NCBI GenBank assembly: GCA_038231455.1
Contig: JBBRLI010000001.1
Coordinates: forward strand, 288,001-352,000
Reading direction: 5' to 3'
Source of the DNA: Vulcanimicrobiales bacterium
GTDB lineage: Bacteria > Vulcanimicrobiota > Vulcanimicrobiia > Vulcanimicrobiales > Vulcanimicrobiaceae
Length of the DNA stretch: 64,000 nucleotides
Positions 58,036 through 64,000 of the stretch are shown here, in pieces. The position numbers and the translations under genes were made by a program. Numbering within the stretch: position 1 is the stretch's first letter; the number at the start of each line of letters is the position of its first letter. A model generated the notes under the pieces. That model was not told where the DNA came from and did no database searches. It saw only the letters and a program-made list of their open reading frames with translations.

Positions 58036-59190
58036 TTAACCCCGCAGACCAAGTGCGACCATCATCGCATACCCCGTCTCGAGGCTCCGTTCGTCGAGGT
58101 CGAATTTCGCATTGTGGTGCGGGATACCGGTCGTCGGCCCCCCGCGCGATCCAACGATGAAGTACGCACCGGGCCGCTGCTCCATCATGAAGGACATGTC
58201 TTCGGCCCACATCACGATATCGTGCTCGATGACGTTTTCCGGCCCGATCGTGGTGCGACCAACCTCGCGCACGAGGTCGTTCATGACTTTCTCGTTGACG
58301 GTTGGCGGGTACGACCAGTGATAGTGCAAGTCGTACTCGACGCGCATCGCATCGGCGAGGCCTTTGATGATGCGCTCCATGCGCACGGGCATGCTCTTAC
58401 GCACCTCGGCATCGAACGAACGGACCGTTCCTTTTAAGTGCGCTTCGTCGGGAATGACGTTGAACGTCGTGCCCGAGGTAAACTGACCGACCGTGAACAC
58501 GGCGGGGTCCTTAGGCGCAACCTCGCGACTGACGATCGTTTGCAGCATGGTGATGAAATACGCGCCGGCGGCGATCGGATCGACCGAATTCTGCGGCATC
58601 GCGCCGTGCCCGCCTTTGCCGCGAATCGTGAGATCGAATTCATCGGCCGAGGCAAAGAACGCGCCGTCGCGCACACCGATCTTGCCCACGTCGAGTCCGC
58701 TGTAGAGATGAAGCGCAAACGTACGATCGACGTGCGGATTTTCAAGCGCCCCGTCTTCGATCATCAGCCGATTGCCGGCGTAGCCTTCTTCTCCCGGCTG
58801 AAAACAAAACACGAGCGTCCCGGGCACATCGTCTTTGCGCGCAGCGAGCGTTTTTGCAGCGGCGAGCAAGATCGAGACGTGACCATCATGCCCGCATGCG
58901 TGCATCGCCCCGAGCTTTTGCGACTTGTACGGCGCGTCGCCCGTCTCGGTAATCGGCAGCGCATCCATGTCGGCGCGCAGCAACGTTACAGGCCCCGGCT
59001 TTCCGCCAACAAGCGTCGCGAGAATTCCGGTCTTACCGATCTTCGTGCGTATGTTGTCGAACGGCAACTTTCGCAACTCCGCCTCGATATAGGCCGCCGT
59101 TTCAAACTCGACGAGCGAGAGCTCTGGTCGCTCGTGAAGATGGCGCCGAACACGAATGAGATCGTCAAGGATCGTCTGTTCGAGAATCAT
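58036..59190 (-). CDS. M20D amidohydrolase
   Basis: LRADMDALP, MHACGHDGH, QPGEEG, AEDM, HH. Confidence 0.93.
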   Translation of the reverse strand: MILEQTILDDLIRVRRHLHERPELSLVEFETAAYIEAELRKLPFDNIRTKIGKTGILATLVGGKPGPVTLLRADMDALPITETGDAPYKSQKLGAMHACGHDGHVSILLAAAKTLAARKDDVPGTLVFCFQPGEEGYAGNRLMIEDGALENPHVDRTFALHLYSGLDVGKIGVRDGAFFASADEFDLTIRGKGGHGAMPQNSVDPIAAGAYFITMLQTIVSREVAPKDPAVFTVGQFTSGTTFNVIPDEAHLKGTVRSFDAEVRKSMPVRMERIIKGLADAMRVEYDLHYHWSYPPTVNEKVMNDLVREVGRTTIGPENVIEHDIVMWAEDMSFMMEQRPGAYFIVGSRGGPTTGIPHHNAKFDLDERSLETGYAMMVALGLRG

Positions 59191-59341
59191 CGCCCCGATA
59201 TTCGCTCGCTACTACCGAAATTCCCGACCGAGACGGTTGCCCGGCCCCCTTCCCCCCGACACGTCAACCGAGCTCTCCTTAGAGGAGACGGCATCCCGCG
59301 AAGGCGATTTGAGCGGGCTGTGATTTCGGAGGATTCTACGT

Positions 59342-60367
59342 ATGGCTAAGGCGATGACGCAGGCGGGCAAGCTCGACCGACGCGGTCTCACCGACGAACA
59401 ACTCGTCGCCATGCTGCGCAACATGCTGCTGCAGCGTCAACTCGACAATCGCGGCTTTCAGCTCAACCGTCAAGGGAAGATCCCCTTTGCGCTGGGCAGC
59501 GAAGGCCACGAAGCGGCGCAAGCGGGTGCCGCCATGGCGTTCGTGCGCGGCAAAGATGTGCTGGCCCCGTACTACCGCGATCTGGGCCTGGTGCTCGGAT
59601 GCGGCTTCACGCCCCTCGAGATGCTCAACTCAATGTTCGCGCGCGCCGCGGACCGCTCGGGCGGCCGTCAGTTCCCCAACCACTACACTAATAAGGAGAT
59701 GGGGCTGCTCTCGATCAGCTCCATCATCGCCGCACACTGCCCGCACGCCGTCGGCGTTGCCTACGCGTTCAAGTATCGCAAGGAAGCCGGCCGCGCCGTC
59801 CTTTGCTGCACGGGAGAAGGCGCAACGAGTGAAGGCGAGTGGCATGAGTCGCTCAATTTTGCCGCCGTTCATAAACTGCCGGTGGTGTTCTTCGTTGAGA
59901 ACAACAACTACGCGATATCGACTCCCTCGACCATGCAAATGGGCGTGGAGCATGTGAGCGATAAAGCCTCCGGCTACGGCATGCCCGGCGTGCTCGTCGA
60001 TGGGTTCGATCCGATCGCGACCTATGCCGCGATAAAAGAAGCGATGGACCGCGCGCGTAACGGCGGCGGCCCGACGCTCGTCGAAGCGATGGTCTTCCGG
60101 TATCTTTCGCACTCAACCGACGATGATGACCGCACTTATCGCGACCGGACCGCGATCGAAGAAGCGCGCAAGAACGATCCCGTCCCGATGTTTGAAAAAC
60201 GCTTGCTCGATGCGGGCGTCGTTGATGAGGCCAAGATCAAGGCGCTCAAAGCCGACGTCTTGCGCGAAACCAACGAAGCAACCGACACCGCTGAGGCGTT
60301 CCCGCTTCCGGTCGCCGCCGATCTCTACAAAAATGTGTACGAAGGAGCCTTTGAGCCGTGGCAGTGA
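59342..60367 (+). CDS. 2-oxoacid dehydrogenase E1 alpha (branched-chain/pyruvate type)
   Basis: GHEAAQ, GEGATSEG...ENN TPP motif, HSTDDD. Confidence 0.93.
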   Translation: MAKAMTQAGKLDRRGLTDEQLVAMLRNMLLQRQLDNRGFQLNRQGKIPFALGSEGHEAAQAGAAMAFVRGKDVLAPYYRDLGLVLGCGFTPLEMLNSMFARAADRSGGRQFPNHYTNKEMGLLSISSIIAAHCPHAVGVAYAFKYRKEAGRAVLCCTGEGATSEGEWHESLNFAAVHKLPVVFFVENNNYAISTPSTMQMGVEHVSDKASGYGMPGVLVDGFDPIATYAAIKEAMDRARNGGGPTLVEAMVFRYLSHSTDDDDRTYRDRTAIEEARKNDPVPMFEKRLLDAGVVDEAKIKALKADVLRETNEATDTAEAFPLPVAADLYKNVYEGAFEPWQ

Positions 60368-61341
60368 TGAACAATGTCGATGCCGTGCGTGAAACGCTGC
60401 ACGACGCGCTGATCAACGACGACCGCACGCTCATCATGGGCGAAGACGTCGGGGCGCGCGGCAACGTCTTTCTCATCACGAAAGGCTTTCTCGAAGAGTT
60501 CGGTCCCGAGCGCATCATCGATACGCCGCTCGCCGAGGCCTCGATCGTCGGCGTCGCCATCGGTATGGCGATGGAAGGCTTGCGTCCGATCGCCGAGATT
60601 CAATTTGCCGACTTTATCTATCCGGCGTTCAATCAGATCGTCGGCGAAGCGGCGAAAACGCGCTATCGTTCCAACGGCGACTACACGTGTCCGCTCGTCA
60701 TCCGCACGCCGTACGGCGGCGGCGTTCGCGGCGCGCTCTCGCACTCGGTTTCGATTGAAGCGCTCTTCTATCACGTACCGGGTTTGAAGATTCTTGCGCC
60801 TTCGACGCCCGCTGACATCAAAGGGCTCCTGACCGCGGCGATCGAGGATCCCGATCCGGTGCTCTTCCTCGAACATAAGAAAACGTATCGCTCGGTCAAA
60901 GGCGAGGTGCCCGAGGGGCACTACACGATCCCGATCGGCAAAGCGGACATCAAGAAGGCCGGCACGCACGCGACGGTCGTCTCCTACGGTTACAACGTCC
61001 ATCAAGCACTCGATGCCGCCCAGCGTCTCGAAAAGGACGGCTACTCGATCGAAGTGATCGACTTGCGTTCGATTCGGCCGATGGATCGCACGACAATTCT
61101 TGCAAGCGTCGGCAAAACGCGCAAACTCCTGATCATTCACGAAGACAATAAGTTTGGTGGGGTCGGTGCGGAGATTTCCGCAATGGTCGCCGAGGAAGCG
61201 TTCTTCGATTTGGACGCGCCGATCCGCCGGCTGTGCGGGCCCGACGTTCCGGCGATGGGCTACGCTCTTCCGCTCGAAGAAGAATTCATGATCTCGACCG
61301 ATCGCATGATGCGTGCGATGCGCGAACTCGCGGAGTTTTAG
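60358..61341 (+). CDS. 2-oxoacid dehydrogenase E1 beta
   Basis: GEDVG, DTPLAE, EIQFADF, DPVLFLEHK. Confidence 0.93.
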   Translation: MAVMNNVDAVRETLHDALINDDRTLIMGEDVGARGNVFLITKGFLEEFGPERIIDTPLAEASIVGVAIGMAMEGLRPIAEIQFADFIYPAFNQIVGEAAKTRYRSNGDYTCPLVIRTPYGGGVRGALSHSVSIEALFYHVPGLKILAPSTPADIKGLLTAAIEDPDPVLFLEHKKTYRSVKGEVPEGHYTIPIGKADIKKAGTHATVVSYGYNVHQALDAAQRLEKDGYSIEVIDLRSIRPMDRTTILASVGKTRKLLIIHEDNKFGGVGAEISAMVAEEAFFDLDAPIRRLCGPDVPAMGYALPLEEEFMISTDRMMRAMRELAEF

Positions 61342-62760
61342 ATGGCAACCACAATTACGATGCCGCAGCTCGGTGAGACCGTCACCGAGGGGACCGTCGC
61401 GCAGTGGCTCAAGAAAATCGGCGATAGCGTCGAGAAGTATGAACCTTTCGTCGAAGTCTCGACCGATAAAGTCAACGCCGAAGTCCCCTCGCCCGTGAGC
61501 GGGACGATTCGCGAATTCATCGTCAAAGAAGGCGAGACGGTTCCCACCGGCGCGCCGATCGCGATCATCGATGAAATCGGCGCGGCGTCCGTGACACCGC
61601 CCGCGCACACACCATCGCCGTCGGAACAAGTTGCCGATCACGCTCGAGCCGTGCCGTCGAGTTATGGCGCCGGCGGAACGATGGAAGCCGTGCGTCAGGG
61701 CGCAGCTGAGCCCGTCCCCGGCGCAAACATCGGTGCCCCCGCCTCAAGCAACGGTGCGGCAAGTAACGGTGCACACGCGAATGCAAACGGCGCCGCGGTC
61801 ACCATTCCGCGCGGCGTTTCACCCGCCGTGCGTCGACTCGCGCGCGAACACAACATCGATGTGACACGCGTGCACGGGACCGGCTCCAATGGCCGCGTGA
61901 CCGCAAACGACATCGTCACCGCCTCGACCGCAGGTCCAAGCGCCGCTGCTGCCGTTGCCATCTCAGCCGATAACGCAGAATACGTCGCGCGTGCGGCCGC
62001 ACCGCAAGCGCCAGCATCTCCGCGTCCCGCACCCAGCGGCAAAACCAGCTACGCAAATCCAATCCCGGGCGAAACGATCCCGCTCACCCAAGCGCGCAAG
62101 ATCATCGCTCAGCGTATGGTCGAATCGAAGCATACCGCTCCGCACGCCTGGACGATGATCGAATGCGACGTCACGAGTGTGTGGAAGTGGCGTGCGAAAG
62201 AAAAAGACGCATTCGAACGCGACTACGGCGTGAAGCTCACGCTCTTGCCATTCTTCATCCGCGCCGTCGTCGAGTCGCTCGGGAAGTTTCCACTCATGAA
62301 CGCGCGCTTCACGGACGAGGGTATTCTCGTCAACAAAGACGTGAACGTCGGCATCGCAATCGGTCTTGAGACGAACCTGATCGTGCCGGTCATTCGCCAC
62401 GCCGATTCGCTCTCGATCAAAGGCATTGCACTTGCCGCAGGCGCCTTGATCGACAAAGCGCGTCGCGGCAAGCTCGCCGCCGATGACTTGAGTGCCGGCA
62501 CGTTCACCGTGAACAACACCGGCGCCAACGGTTCGCTTATGTCGGCACCGATTATCAACGGCGGACAAGCGGGCATCATCACGATGGAGACGATCGTCAA
62601 GCGCCCGGTCGTTACGGCGGATGATTCGTTTGCGATTCGGTCGATGATGAATATCTGTCTTTCGCTCGACCACCGGGTGGTGGACGGTTTCGTCGCGAGC
62701 GGTTTCCTCAACGACATTCGTAAGCGGCTCGAATCGATGGGCCCGGGACAAGCCCTCTAG
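61342..62760 (+). CDS. Dihydrolipoamide acyltransferase E2
   Basis: Lipoyl domain STDKV; SPAVRRLARE E3-binding domain; DHRVVDG. Confidence 0.93.
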   Translation: MATTITMPQLGETVTEGTVAQWLKKIGDSVEKYEPFVEVSTDKVNAEVPSPVSGTIREFIVKEGETVPTGAPIAIIDEIGAASVTPPAHTPSPSEQVADHARAVPSSYGAGGTMEAVRQGAAEPVPGANIGAPASSNGAASNGAHANANGAAVTIPRGVSPAVRRLAREHNIDVTRVHGTGSNGRVTANDIVTASTAGPSAAAAVAISADNAEYVARAAAPQAPASPRPAPSGKTSYANPIPGETIPLTQARKIIAQRMVESKHTAPHAWTMIECDVTSVWKWRAKEKDAFERDYGVKLTLLPFFIRAVVESLGKFPLMNARFTDEGILVNKDVNVGIAIGLETNLIVPVIRHADSLSIKGIALAAGALIDKARRGKLAADDLSAGTFTVNNTGANGSLMSAPIINGGQAGIITMETIVKRPVVTADDSFAIRSMMNICLSLDHRVVDGFVASGFLNDIRKRLESMGPGQAL

Positions 62761-62793
62761 GCCTCACACGCGGGCGCAGCGAAGCGCCTTTGT

Positions 62794-64000
62794 GTGAACG
62801 TCCCTTTGCGCTCGCTCGGCTCGCGCGCGTCCGCCTGCGGAATCGCGCTCTGCGTGCTTGGTCTGGCGCTTGGCCGTTGGTCCTCGGCGGCAATTCCCGC
62901 GTCGAGCGCCGAGCCGCGCGACCTCATTCCAACGAGCTCGACGCTTGCGCGCGTTCACGCCCTCTACGCGCGCGCACACGCCCGCGAGCGCTCGGCCAAG
63001 CTCGAAGTCATTGAGGACTGGCGCCTCACGCAAGACGGCACGGCGGGCGTCTTTCGCGTGCACCGACTCGGCCACGACTACCGCGAAACAACGATCCTCG
63101 GACCGTTCTCCTACGAGAACGGCCTGCGTGGAACCGTGCGTTGGCAGACAAATCGCAACGGAATCACCTTTAACTACGCGGGTTTTCACGAACGCGACGC
63201 GATTAGCGAGCGTATATTCGAGGGCCCGCTGCGCAACGACCGCGATGAAAAACTCGTCGGCGAGTCGGTGCAAGAAAGCGCCTACGTTATCGAAGTCAAT
63301 CCGCCCGGTGGCCGCCACGAGTGGATGTACGTCGACAAAAAGACGGGGCTGCTCACGCGCCGCGACCGGCTCGAAAAACATCGTCGCTACGTTACCACAT
63401 TCGATGACTATAAATACTACGACGGCGTGGCGGAGCCATCGAAAGTCAAGACGGTCGATTCGTACGGCAACGAGCGCGAACAAGTCCTGACATCGCGTAC
63501 CTACGACTGGACGCCGGACGTGCGCGACGTTGAAATGCCGGCGAAGCGGAAAGACTTTGTAGAATTCCCCGCGGTGGCCGGCGCGATTCGCTTGCCCGCG
63601 CGTCTGGTCAACGGTCTCTTCGTCGTTCGGGTCGGCATCAATGGGCGACCGTACGACTTCCTGATCGACTCGGGCGCCGCCGGGATCGTCATCGATACAA
63701 GCCTCGCCGAACAGCTCAATCTCGAGCGCTACGGAAATCGAGTCGGCGCGACGATCGGAACGTATGCCGAGTCGACCACCATTCTGAACTCGCTCACCGT
63801 CGGCCAACTGAAAATGCAGCGCGTTGTCACGCGCGTTGTGCCCGTTCCTTTTCGCATCGACGATCGCACGAGGATCGCGGGTTTACTCGGTTTCGATTTT
63901 TTCGCTGATTGTGTGTTGCATCTGGACTACGATCGCGGAATCGCCGAAGCGATCGACATGCCGAATTTCAAGGCTCCTGACAATACGACGGCGATCCCCG
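62794..64000 (+). CDS. Exported retropepsin-like aspartyl protease domain protein, 3' truncated
   Basis: Frame is open to the window end; hydrophobic leader; FLIDSGA and GLLGFDFF motifs; absent from the ORF track because it has no stop. Confidence 0.8.
   Translation, partial: MNVPLRSLGSRASACGIALCVLGLALGRWSSAAIPASSAEPRDLIPTSSTLARVHALYARAHARERSAKLEVIEDWRLTQDGTAGVFRVHRLGHDYRETTILGPFSYENGLRGTVRWQTNRNGITFNYAGFHERDAISERIFEGPLRNDRDEKLVGESVQESAYVIEVNPPGGRHEWMYVDKKTGLLTRRDRLEKHRRYVTTFDDYKYYDGVAEPSKVKTVDSYGNEREQVLTSRTYDWTPDVRDVEMPAKRKDFVEFPAVAGAIRLPARLVNGLFVVRVGINGRPYDFLIDSGAAGIVIDTSLAEQLNLERYGNRVGATIGTYAESTTILNSLTVGQLKMQRVVTRVVPVPFRIDDRTRIAGLLGFDFFADCVLHLDYDRGIAEAIDMPNFKAPDNTTAIP

Noticed and set aside
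1-64000. Prophage, IS, integrase, anti-phage defence genes, tRNA
   Set aside because: I recognised no such motifs in any frame.

Overview
This is a GC-rich, gene-dense bacterial chromosome segment. The gene content and signal-peptide style suggest Candidatus Eremiobacterota/Vulcanimicrobiota, but that is inference only. Most of it is housekeeping or metabolic: a suf Fe-S cluster lacking sufB (with a divergent SufR-like regulator and an atypical IscU), a LivKHMGF-type ABC importer, an ArsR/SRPBCC/DUF899/DUF2182 cassette, sodC, acs, GH125, pcp, a peptide-binding protein, a pyrE-like gene, an RCK K+ channel, thiO-thiS-thiG-rhodanese, ETF-QO, glcDEF, two GT2 paralogues next to a Ser/Thr/Pro-rich lipoprotein, gltB, an M20 hydrolase and 2-oxoacid dehydrogenase E1a/E1b/E2. 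I found no rRNA, tRNA, CRISPR array or transposase. The main observations are: (1) an ECF sigma factor coupled to a soluble zinc-finger anti-sigma domain fused to an O6-methylguanine-DNA methyltransferase, a candidate Ada-independent alkylation-sensing switch; (2) a Bcp peroxiredoxin missed by the ORF track, with an in-frame TGA at the catalytic position and a SECIS-like hairpin, i.e. a probable selenoprotein; (3) two structured intergenic regions (26.1-26.65 kb and 35.0-35.5 kb) that share a long 16S anti-SD-complementary motif and carry small ORFs, plus a ~145-nt three-way-junction palindrome; (4) a PHP hydrolase fused to a histone-H1-like tail.
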